Source: Dehalococcoidia bacterium (GTDB lineage Bacteria; Chloroflexota; Dehalococcoidia; Bin125). Taken from it: DNA of 36,807 nucleotides. Shown piece by piece: positions 15,348-25,741 of the stretch (positions are counted from its first letter, which is position 1; each line of letters starts with the position of its first letter). The notes under the pieces are model-generated. The model was given only the letters and a program-made list of their open reading frames with translations. It was not told the DNA's origin and searched no databases. The translations under genes were made by a program, and so were the position numbers. The stretch lies in contig CAUYZA010000003.1 of assembly GCA_963577225.1 (NCBI GenBank), forward strand, positions 1 to 36,807. Direction: 5' to 3'.

Positions 15348-16379
15348 ATGCGGTTTCTCTGGTTCCTAATGCGGTTCGCGGCCCCGTGGGGGCTCGCCGT
15401 TTGGCTGTATCGCACGCTGGAGAGCCAGCGGTCGACCGAGTCCAAACTGGCCGACGAGCGGATCCGAAACCTGGAGCTCCAGCTGGCGGCGGAGCAAGGC
15501 CGGCGTGAGCAGGCCGAGCTGATCGGCGCGCAGGCGCAGCAGGCCCCAGCGCCCGCGGCGCCACCAACCCCAGCTTCGACAGCGCCCGCGGCCCCGGCGC
15601 CGGTCGCGTCTGCGCCCGCAGCACCAGCGCCGGTTGAGCCCGTCCCGGTGGCACCGGCACCCGCCGCCAGCGTCCCGCCCGCACCTGCTCCAACTCCCCC
15701 GGCGGCCGCTGCGCCTCCCGCAGCCGCCGTTGAGGAGGTCCAGCCGGACGCAGGCGCTGAGGCGGCGGTGCCGCGCAACGCGGCGACCTATCTGGATGAA
15801 GGCAATGTCTACTTCGGTGTCGGCAACTATGAGCGCGCGGTCGCGCTCTACAGCCGGGCGCTGCAGGAGGACCCCAACTCGGCCGCGGCCTACTACAACC
15901 GCGCCAACGGGCACGCGCGCATGAACGGCAACGACGCCGCGCGCGCCGACTACGACCGCGCGCTGGAGCTGGCCGCCGACGACCCCGACATCTTCGTGAA
16001 CCGCGGGTTGCTCTCGCTCTACGAACGCGACTTTCCCTCGGCTGAAGGCGATTTCCGCGAGGCGCTGCGCCTGCGCCCCAGCGACTCCGCCGCCCACACG
16101 AATCTGGGCCTGGCGTTGCTCTACGAGGACCGTGCGGACGATGCGCTGAACGCTTTCCAGGCTGCCGTTGGGATAGAGCCGGACCAGCCGGGCGCGCACT
16201 ACGGCGCGGCCAGCGCCGCCGCGGCCTCCGGACGGGCGGAAGAGTCGTTGGCGTCGTTGCGTGAGGCGATCTCACTGAACGATCGGTACGCCGCCGCGGC
16301 GCTGTCCGACGATCGGTTCGCTCCGTTGCGCGAGCGTGACGACTTCCGCGCTCTGACTGAGGGGGCGGCTGCCGAGTAG
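15348..16379 (+). CDS. Tetratricopeptide repeat protein with N-terminal membrane anchor and Pro/Ala-rich linker
   Basis: Hydrophobic N-terminus, then a PAAPAP linker, then TPR units (YLDEGNVY..NYERAVALYSRAL, AYYNRAN..DYDRALEL, FVNRGL..DFREALRL, AHTNLGLAL, AHYGAAS). Confidence 0.88.
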   Translation: MRFLWFLMRFAAPWGLAVWLYRTLESQRSTESKLADERIRNLELQLAAEQGRREQAELIGAQAQQAPAPAAPPTPASTAPAAPAPVASAPAAPAPVEPVPVAPAPAASVPPAPAPTPPAAAAPPAAAVEEVQPDAGAEAAVPRNAATYLDEGNVYFGVGNYERAVALYSRALQEDPNSAAAYYNRANGHARMNGNDAARADYDRALELAADDPDIFVNRGLLSLYERDFPSAEGDFREALRLRPSDSAAHTNLGLALLYEDRADDALNAFQAAVGIEPDQPGAHYGAASAAAASGRAEESLASLREAISLNDRYAAAALSDDRFAPLRERDDFRALTEGAAAE

Positions 16380-16397
16380 CTGCGGCCCCAATGGCGG

Positions 16398-16913
16398 CTA
16401 GTCGAGGTCGATGGAGCCCGAGCGCCCGCCGCTTTTGTGGCGCAGACGCACATCGCTGATCCGCATGCTGCGGTCAACGGCCTTGGCCATGTCGTAGACC
16501 GTCAATGCGGCGATGCTGACCGCGGTCAGCGCCTCCATCTCGACGCCGGTCTTACCCTCGCAGCGCACGCTGGCGCGCACTCGCACCGCGCCGCCGAAGC
16601 CGTCCGGCGTCTCTGGGTCATCGACGGCGAGCCGCTCCAGGGTCAGCTCCAGGTCGATGTGGCTGAGGGCGAGCGGATGGCAGAGCGGGATCAACTCGTG
16701 GGTTCGCTTCGCCGCCATCACCCCGGCCAGTTGGGCGGTGGTCAGGACGTCGCCCTTCTTGAGCGTGTTCGCCTCGATCTGGTCGAGCGTCGAGCCCTGC
16801 ATCAATACGCGGCCTTCGGCGATCGCTAGGCGCGGTGTCTCTTCCTTGTCGCCGACATCGACCATGCGTGCGCGGCCTTGCGGGTCGACATGGGATAGGG
16901 CGTCGTCACTCAT
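16398..16913 (-). CDS. moaC: Cyclic pyranopterin monophosphate synthase MoaC
   Basis: LSHVD..ARMVDVGDK, KKGDVL, LIPLCHPL, KTGVEMEALT, YDMAKAVD, KSGGRSG. Confidence 0.98.
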   Translation of the reverse strand: MSDDALSHVDPQGRARMVDVGDKEETPRLAIAEGRVLMQGSTLDQIEANTLKKGDVLTTAQLAGVMAAKRTHELIPLCHPLALSHIDLELTLERLAVDDPETPDGFGGAVRVRASVRCEGKTGVEMEALTAVSIAALTVYDMAKAVDRSMRISDVRLRHKSGGRSGSIDLD

Positions 16914-16933
16914 CGTGGATTCCGTGGCGGGCG

Positions 16934-17995
<1,062 letters not shown>

Positions 17996-18709
17996 TGCCC
18001 GACCCTGTTTCCTTCATTGCCGTTCGTTGCCCGACAGTGTTGTCGAGTGCGTCATGGAGTGCGTCCAGCGCCCAACCGAGTTGCGCCAGGGCGCGTGCGC
18101 GGTGACTGAACTCATTCTTCTCTTCGCGCGACAACTCCGCCATGCGGCGGCCATCCGGCAATTCGAAGACGGGGTCGTACCCGAAGCCGAGATCGCCGCG
18201 CTCGTCCTGGGCGATGCGCCCCTCCACGGTGCCCTCGCCGAAGCGAACGTTGGGGCCGTAGGGATGGGTCAGCGCCACGAAGGCTCGGAAGCGGGCGCCC
18301 CGCTGTTGGGGTGGGATGCCCTCCAGGACGCCGAGCAATTTCTTGCGATTGGCCGCGTCCTGGTCCGTTAAGCCTACACCAGCATAACGGGCACTGTGCA
18401 CGCCGGGCCGCCCTTCCAGCGCGTCGACTTCCAGGCCAGAATCGTCGGCCAGGGCCGGCAGTCGCGCGGCGTTGGCGTAGGCGCGGGCCTTGCGGGCGGC
18501 GTTCTCCTGGTAGGTCTCGCCGTCTTCGACGACTTCGAGCTCGCTGATTCCCGCGTCGGCGGGCGTGACCAGTTCCCAGCGCTGCTCCCCCAGCAGCGCT
18601 TGGAATTCGCGCAGCTTGCCGGGATTGCCGGTGGCGAGCAGGAGCCGGTGGCGCATCATCCGCGGTTAATTTCGGACCAGCCGGAATCTCCGCCGCATCA
18701 GGCCTCGCA

Positions 18710-19741
18710 TCAGGCTGTGGCCAGCTCTTTCTCCATCTCGGGGCTGTAGGCGCCCTGACGCGCGGTCGCCGTCATGCGTGCGCGGTGCAGCAGCGCGGCT
18801 TGCGCGGCACCGACGTTGGCCGGATCGCCGCCCCAGGCCGCGAGCGGCAAGGCCTGCAGGCCGCGACCGTAGCTGAAGCTCAGCTGCCACGGCTTGTCCA
18901 GGTTGGAGCGGTTGATTGCGTCCAGGTTGGTCGTTGCTTCGTCGTCGCTCTGGCCGCCCGAGAGGAAGGCCGCGCCGGGCACGGCGGCGGGGAAGGCGCG
19001 CTGGAAGCAGGTGATCGTCTTCTCGGCCACCACTTCCGGGGAAGCGCGGTTCACCGCCTCCTTGCCGGACAGCACCATGTTGGGCTTGAGCACCATGCCG
19101 CTGAGCGCGACGCCCTGACTGGCGAGCTCGATGAAGACCTGACGCAGTGCCGCTTCCGTGACCTCGAAGCAGCGATCGATGTCGTGGTCGCCGTCCATCA
19201 AGACCTCAGGCTCCACGATCGGAACCAAGCCGGCCTCCTGCGAGAGCGCGGCATAGCGGGCGAGGCCGTGCGCGTTGACGTTGATGCAATTGCTGGTGGG
19301 GATGTCGGCACCGATCGTGATCACGGCGCGCCACTTGGTGAACTGCGCGCCCAGAGCGACGTATTCCGCGAGCCGCTCGCGCAAGCCATCGAGTCCCTCG
19401 GTCACCTTCTCGTCAGGGGAGCCGGGCAGATCCTTGGCACCCGTGTCTACCTTGATGCCGGGGATGATGCCCTGCGCCTGCAGGGCCTCCACCATGCGGC
19501 GGCCATCGTTCGTGTCCTGGCGCAGCGTCTCGTCGAAGAGGATGACGCCGCTGATGTATTCGCCCAGCCCTTCGGCGGTGCAGATCAACGAGCGCCAGGC
19601 GATGCGGTTTTCCTCGGTCGATTCGGCGCCAACGCCCTCGAGCCGACGCTGAATCGTGCCGGAACTTTCGTCCGCGGCGAGGATTCCTTTGCCCGGCTGC
19701 ACCATCGCCTGGGCGACGCTCTCCAGTTGTTCAAGATTCAC
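18710..19741 (-). CDS. fba: Fructose-bisphosphate aldolase, class I (eukaryote-like family)
   Basis: KGILAADES, ISGVILFDETL, GIKVD, VTEGLDGL, FTKWRAV, PIVEPEV, LKPNMV (Schiff-base Lys), FLSGGQS, SFSYGR; GTG start. Confidence 0.97.
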   Translation of the reverse strand: MNLEQLESVAQAMVQPGKGILAADESSGTIQRRLEGVGAESTEENRIAWRSLICTAEGLGEYISGVILFDETLRQDTNDGRRMVEALQAQGIIPGIKVDTGAKDLPGSPDEKVTEGLDGLRERLAEYVALGAQFTKWRAVITIGADIPTSNCINVNAHGLARYAALSQEAGLVPIVEPEVLMDGDHDIDRCFEVTEAALRQVFIELASQGVALSGMVLKPNMVLSGKEAVNRASPEVVAEKTITCFQRAFPAAVPGAAFLSGGQSDDEATTNLDAINRSNLDKPWQLSFSYGRGLQALPLAAWGGDPANVGAAQAALLHRARMTATARQGAYSPEMEKELATA

Positions 19742-19879
19742 GATGTTGTCCTATCGGCTGGCATCTCGATGGCATCCCAGAGGAGGCTGATCGTACTCTC
19801 TCAGCCATCTGGTGGAACCCGTTCATAGACGGAATCCACGACATCTCTCCGCAGTGAATCAGCGCCGGAGCGAGGTTGC

Positions 19880-20848
19880 TCAGCCGGCGATCGCGTTTTC
19901 CACCGCGGTCACGGCGTCGGCATTGCCGATCACCAGCGGCGTGCGCTGGTGCAGCGCTCCGGGCTGGAGATCCAAAATGCGCCCCGTGCCCGTGCTGCCG
20001 GCCCCTCCGGCTTGCTCCGCGACGAAGGAGAGCGGGTTCGCCTCGTAGGAGAGGCGGAGTTTGCCGTTGGGGCTCTTCTTGTCGCCCGGGTAGAGAAAGA
20101 TGCCGCCCTTCAGTAGATCGCGGTGAAAGTCGGCCACGAGGGAGCCGACATAGCGGAGACCGTACTGCTCACGCAGCTCCGCGACGGCGCGGGCCATGCC
20201 GTCCTCCCACTTGGAGGCGTTGCCCTCGTTCACGCTGTAGTAGGGGCAGGCGTCGGGGATGCGCAGGTTCTCGTGGGTGAGGATGAACTCACGCGACCCG
20301 GGGTCCAGCGTGAAGCCGTGCACCTCGCCACTGATGGCGACGACGAGCACCGTGCTCGATCCGTAGATGACATAGGTAGCGGCGATCTGCTCGCGTCCGG
20401 GGCGGAGCAGTGTTTGTTCGGTCACGGGGGAGTCGTCCGTACGGCGGTAGATACCGAAGATCGAGCCGATCGTGACGGCGACATCGATGTTGGACGAGCC
20501 GTCGACGGGGTCGAACACGGCCAGGAAGGGGTGCGAGGCGTCGTCGGAGATGTGCACGATCTCTTCGAGTTCTTCGCAGGCGAGCGCGGCCACGACACCG
20601 CTGTCGCGCAGCACGTTGACGAAGGTCTCGGTGCCCAGCGTGTCGAGCCGGGCCACGATTTCGCCTTGTACGTTGATCTCGTCGGTGTAGCCGAGGACTC
20701 CCGCCAGGGCGGCCCGGCGGGTTCCTTCCTCGACGGCGAGCGCTCCCCGAGCGATGGCGCCAATGACGTCGCTCAGGCCGTCGTGGTCGGCGTTCCCGCG
20801 CAATTTGTCTGCCAATAAGGTCGCGAGCGTTGGGGGGCTTTCGGCCAT
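19880..20848 (-). CDS. fbp: Fructose-1,6-bisphosphatase class 1
   Basis: NVQGE, CEE, FDPVDGSSNID, YSVNEGN, RYVGSLVADFHR, GKLRLSYEANP; ATG 20848 with AAGGAG SD. Confidence 0.97.
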   Translation of the reverse strand: MAESPPTLATLLADKLRGNADHDGLSDVIGAIARGALAVEEGTRRAALAGVLGYTDEINVQGEIVARLDTLGTETFVNVLRDSGVVAALACEELEEIVHISDDASHPFLAVFDPVDGSSNIDVAVTIGSIFGIYRRTDDSPVTEQTLLRPGREQIAATYVIYGSSTVLVVAISGEVHGFTLDPGSREFILTHENLRIPDACPYYSVNEGNASKWEDGMARAVAELREQYGLRYVGSLVADFHRDLLKGGIFLYPGDKKSPNGKLRLSYEANPLSFVAEQAGGAGSTGTGRILDLQPGALHQRTPLVIGNADAVTAVENAIAG

Positions 20849-21073
20849 AGCGATGCTCCTTCGCAGCGCCGCCGGTCCGGCCTCGCGTCGATCCCAGCGA
20901 AGTGCGTCTCCGGAGACTCCTACCAAGCGCACGCCAGATCAAGACCCACGCAGCGCGGGGTAGACCTGTGCGAGCTACTCCACAGCCGGGCGAGCGGCTG
21001 GGCCGGAGGCCCCGTACCATGTGGGCTCGGGGAGCGCCCTAAGGTTGGGGAGCAGTGCAGGAGGGCCCGCCTC

Positions 21074-22504
21074 ATGGCGGAACGACCGTCGACGATCGTG
21101 GACTACGCCACGGCGATTGAGTACCTGCTCAGCTTCGCGGACTTCGAACGCACCTCGAAGACGCGTCGCGAGGCGGAGCAGTTCGCTCTGACGCGGATTA
21201 CCTCGCTGCTGCGACGGCTCGACAGGCCACAGGACGGCCGCACGACGGTGCACGTGGCTGGCTCAAAGGGCAAAGGCTCCAGCGCTGCCCTGATCGAGTC
21301 GATCTGTCGCGCCGCCGGACTGCGTACCGGTCTCTTCACCAGCCCGGATCTGCACAGCAAGGTTGAGCGGATCCGGATCGACGGCGAACCGCTGTCGGAG
21401 TCCGCCTTCGCCGATCTGGCGGAGCGCCTGCGCCCCGTCATCGACGAGGAGCTGGCCGAGGATCCCGGGCGGCTGAGCATGTTCGAGATCCTGACGGCGA
21501 TGGGCTTCGTCGCCTTCCGCGACGCGGAGGTCGACGTCCAGATCGTGGAGGTGGGACTCGGGGGGCGGCTGGACACGACCAACGTGTTTGGGGAGAAGGC
21601 CGTCGGCGTGATCACCGCTCTGTCGCGGGAACACACCGACGTGCTGGGCGACTCGATGGAGAAGATCGCCGCCGAGAAGGCGGGCATTCTGACGGCCGGC
21701 ACCCGCGTGAGTGTGATGGGGCCCCAGCGCTCCGAGCCGGCCGCCAAGATCGTGCGTGAGCACGCCGCCGACGTTCCACTTCCGCTCGTGGACGTCGCCA
21801 GCGCCTATCGCTGGGAGCCGGCCGGCACCGAGTCGCTGCGACGGGAAGACGCCCCGGACTCGCTTGGCCAGTGGTTCCGCCTGCAGCGGCTCGACGCCGC
21901 CGGCAACGCGGTGGACGCGGGGCTGTTCCTCCTCGGCCTGCTCGGCTCGCACCAGATCGAGAACGCCGTCACCGCGATCGCGGTGGTGGACGCGCTGCGC
22001 GACCAGGGAGTGCGGATTGGGGATGCGGCGGTCCACACGGGCCTGGCGAGCGTGACCTGGCCGGCACGGATGGAGATTGTGGGGCGCGAGCCGTGGTGGC
22101 TGATTGACTGTGCCCACAACGAAGAGTCGGTCGAGCGCGTGCTCGAGTCGCTGCCGCTCTACTTCGACTACCGGCGCCCGGTCTTTGTGCTGGGCGTGCT
22201 GGGCGACAAGGATTTAAAGGCGATCGCTGTCCGCCTCCAGGCGGTGGCGGGGGCGATCGTCGTCACGCGGCCGGACCATCCTCGGGCGCTTGCCGCCGAG
22301 CGGACCGCGGCCGCGTTCGAGAGCTGGGACGGCGTGTTGCACGTGGCCGCCGATGTGGAATCGGCCCTGCGCGCCGCGCGCGACCTAGCCGGACCAGACG
22401 ACCTCGTCTGCGTCCTGGGATCGCTCTTCACCGCTGCGGAGGCCAGGGCCACGATCGAACGGCAGGCGGGCGGCGAACCGACATCGGCGCGGGCGGATCG
22501 CTAG
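21074..22504 (+). CDS. folC: Folylpolyglutamate synthase/dihydrofolate synthase
   Basis: VHVAGSKGKGS, GLFTSP, FEILT, EVGLGGRLDTTN, IAAEKAGI, HQIENA, DCAHN; GGAGG SD. Confidence 0.96.
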   Translation: MAERPSTIVDYATAIEYLLSFADFERTSKTRREAEQFALTRITSLLRRLDRPQDGRTTVHVAGSKGKGSSAALIESICRAAGLRTGLFTSPDLHSKVERIRIDGEPLSESAFADLAERLRPVIDEELAEDPGRLSMFEILTAMGFVAFRDAEVDVQIVEVGLGGRLDTTNVFGEKAVGVITALSREHTDVLGDSMEKIAAEKAGILTAGTRVSVMGPQRSEPAAKIVREHAADVPLPLVDVASAYRWEPAGTESLRREDAPDSLGQWFRLQRLDAAGNAVDAGLFLLGLLGSHQIENAVTAIAVVDALRDQGVRIGDAAVHTGLASVTWPARMEIVGREPWWLIDCAHNEESVERVLESLPLYFDYRRPVFVLGVLGDKDLKAIAVRLQAVAGAIVVTRPDHPRALAAERTAAAFESWDGVLHVAADVESALRAARDLAGPDDLVCVLGSLFTAAEARATIERQAGGEPTSARADR

Positions 22505-22532
22505 CGCGCCGAGTAAAGCGACGAGGGCAAGC

Positions 22533-23774
22533 ATGGCTGATGAACGCGTGGTGATTACGGGCATGGGGGCGGTCACGCCGTTGGGCGTCGGCGTGGACAT
22601 TTTTTGGGACCGGCTAGTGCGCGGGGAGAGCGGAGTCGCGGCGATCGAGGCATTCGATCCGCACGAGTTCCCCTGCCAGATTGGTGGGGAGTGCACGGAC
22701 TTCGATCCCAGCGAGCATTTCGACCGCAAAGCGGCGCGCCGCATGTCGCGATTTACGCAGCTCGCTGTGGTTGCCGCGCGCGAGGCGGTGGCCCACGCGG
22801 GGCTGGATCTGGAGAGCCTGGATCGCGAACGCGCCGGGGTGGTGCTGGGCAACGGGAACGGCGGGTTTCCGGACATCGAGGAGACCTGCCGCACACTGTT
22901 CGACCGGGGCGGCATGCGCATGTCGCCCACTTTCCTGCCGCGCATCCTGCCCAACATGGCGGCGGCCAACGTCGCGATGCAGTTCGGACTGGGTGGCTAC
23001 AACACAACGGTGGTCACGGCCTGCGCCGCCGGGACCCAGGCGATCGGCGAGGCGGCCGACATAATTCGAAATGGCCGCGCCGACCTAGTGCTGACTGGCG
23101 GCACGGAGTCAGGCTTCTCGCCGCTGGGCCTCGGGGGCTTCGCGGTGATGCGCGCGCTGACCAGCCGTTCCGACGACCCGCATGGCGCGAGCCGCCCGTT
23201 CGACGGCGATCGCGACGGCTTCGTTCCGTCCGAAGGGGCCGGCGTCTTGATCTTGGAGAGTGAATCCCACGCCAAGGCGCGCGGCGCCACCGTGCTGGCC
23301 GAGATGGCCGGTTTTGGTTCCAGCGCGGATGCCTTCCATCTGGTCATGCCGGATGAGACAGGCAACGGACCGGCGCGCGCGGTGCGCTGGGCGTTGGAGG
23401 ATGCGGGCGTGACGCCGGACGAGGTCGACTACATCAACGCACACGGCACGTCGACGCAGCTCAACGATGCTTCGGAGACCCGGGTGCTGAAGCAGGTGAT
23501 GGGCGAAGCTGCCTACCAGACGCCGATCTCCTCGACCAAGTCGATGATCGGGCATGCCTTCGGCGGCGCCGGCGCACTGGAGTCGATCGCGAGCGTGCGC
23601 ACCATCCAGACCGGCTGGATCCATCCCACGATCAACCAGGAGACCCCCGACCCTGACTGCGACTTGGACTACGTGCCCAACGAGGCGCGCGAGGTGGATG
23701 TGCGGGTCGCGCTGAAAAACTCGTTCGGCTTCGGCGGACAGAACGCCTGTCTCGTCTTCCGCCGCTTCGAGTAG
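22533..23774 (+). CDS. fabF: Beta-ketoacyl-ACP synthase II
   Basis: RVVITGMGAVTPLG, catalytic TACAAG, YINAHGTST, SSTKSMIGH, NSFGFGGQN. Confidence 0.97.
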   Translation: MADERVVITGMGAVTPLGVGVDIFWDRLVRGESGVAAIEAFDPHEFPCQIGGECTDFDPSEHFDRKAARRMSRFTQLAVVAAREAVAHAGLDLESLDRERAGVVLGNGNGGFPDIEETCRTLFDRGGMRMSPTFLPRILPNMAAANVAMQFGLGGYNTTVVTACAAGTQAIGEAADIIRNGRADLVLTGGTESGFSPLGLGGFAVMRALTSRSDDPHGASRPFDGDRDGFVPSEGAGVLILESESHAKARGATVLAEMAGFGSSADAFHLVMPDETGNGPARAVRWALEDAGVTPDEVDYINAHGTSTQLNDASETRVLKQVMGEAAYQTPISSTKSMIGHAFGGAGALESIASVRTIQTGWIHPTINQETPDPDCDLDYVPNEAREVDVRVALKNSFGFGGQNACLVFRRFE

Positions 23775-23776
23775 TC

Positions 23777-24043
23777 CTACGCGGTTGCCAGCGAGGGGTG
23801 GGCCGGCTGCAGATCTTCGGGCAGCATGTCGTGCATGACCCGCTGCATTGCCATCGTGTGGCTGCAGGTGGCGTGGTCGCGATAGAAGAGGCAGTCGCAG
23901 CGCAGTTCGCCGTCGGTCAGGGAGACGGCGTGGGAGCTGTTGTCGCCCCGAACCCGACAAGTAAAGCCGTTGATCTGGATGCGCTCATGTTCAGCGGCGT
24001 AGATCCGAGACTTTTCGACTTTGCTGATCAGGCTGCTGTTCAT
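23777..24043 (-). CDS. Small protein with SWIM-type zinc-finger motif (88 aa)
   Basis: LRCDCLFYRDHATCSHTMA fits CxC-x8-CxH; GGAGG SD and a TAAACT hexamer upstream. Confidence 0.82.
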   Translation of the reverse strand: MNSSLISKVEKSRIYAAEHERIQINGFTCRVRGDNSSHAVSLTDGELRCDCLFYRDHATCSHTMAMQRVMHDMLPEDLQPAHPSLATA

Positions 24044-24127
24044 GCGCAGGTCCTCCGCTAGAATGACGCGCCGACCTTGAGGCGAGTTTAGCCCGCAGCG
24101 CGCGAGGATGGCACACGCCTTATGGAG

Positions 24128-24739
24128 TCACGTGCGCGCAAGCCGGTACGACGCGAGCGTTTCGTAGTGTGCGTCCGCGCCGAGATGGCTACGGATGAGA
24201 TGGAGTTCGTCAACCCGCCAGGGCGCCGGGGCCGGAGCTGGCAGGCCTTCGACGGCGGCTCGCAGCGCAAGTCGCTCGTCGTTGGGGGCGCGCTCGGGGA
24301 TGCGGGCGATCGTGAGATGGGGACGGAAGGGGCGCCGTTCGGGCGGGAAGTCGCGTCCGGCGAGGCGTTCGTCGAGCCGGGCGGCGCAGTCCGCCAGCCG
24401 TTCGAGCTCGCCGGCCAGGCCCGCCCAGACGACTCGCGGCCGGCGTCCGCCGAACACGCCACAGTCCCGCAGGCGCAACGCGATCGGGGTGGTCTGCGCA
24501 GCGGTTTCCTGCAGCGCCTCGTCGATCGCTTCGATCCGGGCGAGCGGAACTGAGCCGAGGAACTTGAGCGTGAGATGGAGCCGTTCACGCTGGACCCAGC
24601 GCATCTCGGGAAGGCTCGCGCGCTCGCGTCCCGACGTGAGGGCGGGCCGCGCTTGCGCGAGTGCATCGAGCACGTCGCCGGGCAGCGGGGCGGCGATGAA
24701 CAGTCGGGCCTGATCGGTTGGCGCGGAACCATCGCTCAT
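24128..24739 (-). CDS. thpR: RNA 2',3'-cyclic phosphodiesterase (2H family)
   Basis: RLFIAAP, two HxT motifs (LHLTLKFLG; RPFRPHLTIAR), PRVVWAG, LIRSHL..YE. Confidence 0.94.
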   Translation of the reverse strand: MSDGSAPTDQARLFIAAPLPGDVLDALAQARPALTSGRERASLPEMRWVQRERLHLTLKFLGSVPLARIEAIDEALQETAAQTTPIALRLRDCGVFGGRRPRVVWAGLAGELERLADCAARLDERLAGRDFPPERRPFRPHLTIARIPERAPNDERLALRAAVEGLPAPAPAPWRVDELHLIRSHLGADAHYETLASYRLART

Positions 24740-24842
24740 CGCGGAACCCTTCGCTCCCCCTCCCGATCGTGTCGCTGCCTCCGCGTGGCGACCAGCGTAA
24801 CGCTGCCGCGAAGGCAGGCTGGGGAGAAGACAAAACAGACGG

Positions 24843-24870
24843 TTGCCTCGGGCAAGCCCCCCGGTAGGAT
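24843..24870 (+). promoter_or_regulatory. Candidate sigma70 promoter of the transketolase genes
   Basis: TTGCCT, 16-nt spacer, TAGGAT, 34 nt upstream of ATG 24905; the -35 overlaps the inverted repeat TTGCC-TCG-GGCAA. Confidence 0.5.
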
Positions 24871-24904
24871 GCAAGCGAAGCCAATCGCGAAAACGGGATG
24901 CCAG

Positions 24905-25741
24905 ATGACCCAGGTAAGTGCAGGCGCGAAACCGGATCTGCCCGGCCTGACGAAGCGAGTGCGCAAGCACATCGTGGAGATGACGCATGCGGCGCAGTCG
25001 GGCCATCCCGGCGGCTCGCTCTCAAGCGTTGAGATTCTGACGGCGCTCTATTTCGGGGGAATCCTGCGGCACCGGCCCGAGCAGCCTGACTGGCCCGATC
25101 GCGACCGCTTCGTGATGAGCAAGGGCCACGCGACGCCGGTCGTCTACGGGATTTTGGCCGAGGCAGGCTATATCGATCCGGCCATCCTGCCGAGCTTCCG
25201 CCAGCTCGACACGCAGCTCCAGGGCCACGTAACCCGCGGCAAGCCGCCTGGTGTGGAGATGAGCGGCGGTGCGCTCGGACTGGGGCTCTCGTTCAGCAAC
25301 GGCCTGGCTCTCGCCCACCGTCTCGATGGCCGCGACAGCCGCACCTACTGCCTGCTGGGCGACGGCGAATTGAACGAGGGCCAGAACTGGGAAGCGGCGA
25401 TGAGCGCCGCCCACTTCGGCTTCGACTCGATCACGGCGATCGTCGATCGCAACGGCTACCAGAATGACGATCTGCCCGGCGACGAGGTGATGAATCTGAA
25501 TCCGCTGCCCGACAAGTGGGCCGCGTTTGGCTGGCACGTGATCGAGGCGGATGGCCACAACCTGGACCAGATGGTGGCCTCCTACGAGGAGGCTCGACAG
25601 GTGCGCGGCAGGCCGCAGGTGATCATCGCGGCCACGCAAAAGGGCAAGGGCGTCTCCTTCATGGAGGGCTCGGGCGGCTGGCACGGCAAGGCGCCAAACG
25701 ACGAACAACTGGCGCAAGCGCTGGAGGAGATCGGCGCATGA
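24905..25741 (+). CDS. Transketolase, N-terminal (ThDP-binding) subunit
   Basis: SGHPGGSLS, DRDRFVMSKGHA, LQGH, GDGELNEGQNWEA, KGKGVSFME, WHGKAP. Confidence 0.96.
   Translation: MTQVSAGAKPDLPGLTKRVRKHIVEMTHAAQSGHPGGSLSSVEILTALYFGGILRHRPEQPDWPDRDRFVMSKGHATPVVYGILAEAGYIDPAILPSFRQLDTQLQGHVTRGKPPGVEMSGGALGLGLSFSNGLALAHRLDGRDSRTYCLLGDGELNEGQNWEAAMSAAHFGFDSITAIVDRNGYQNDDLPGDEVMNLNPLPDKWAAFGWHVIEADGHNLDQMVASYEEARQVRGRPQVIIAATQKGKGVSFMEGSGGWHGKAPNDEQLAQALEEIGA

Noticed and set aside
15535-15730. Repetitive GC-rich DNA resembling a tandem repeat
   Set aside because: Explained by the Pro/Ala linker of the TPR protein; no fixed-period unit or spacers.
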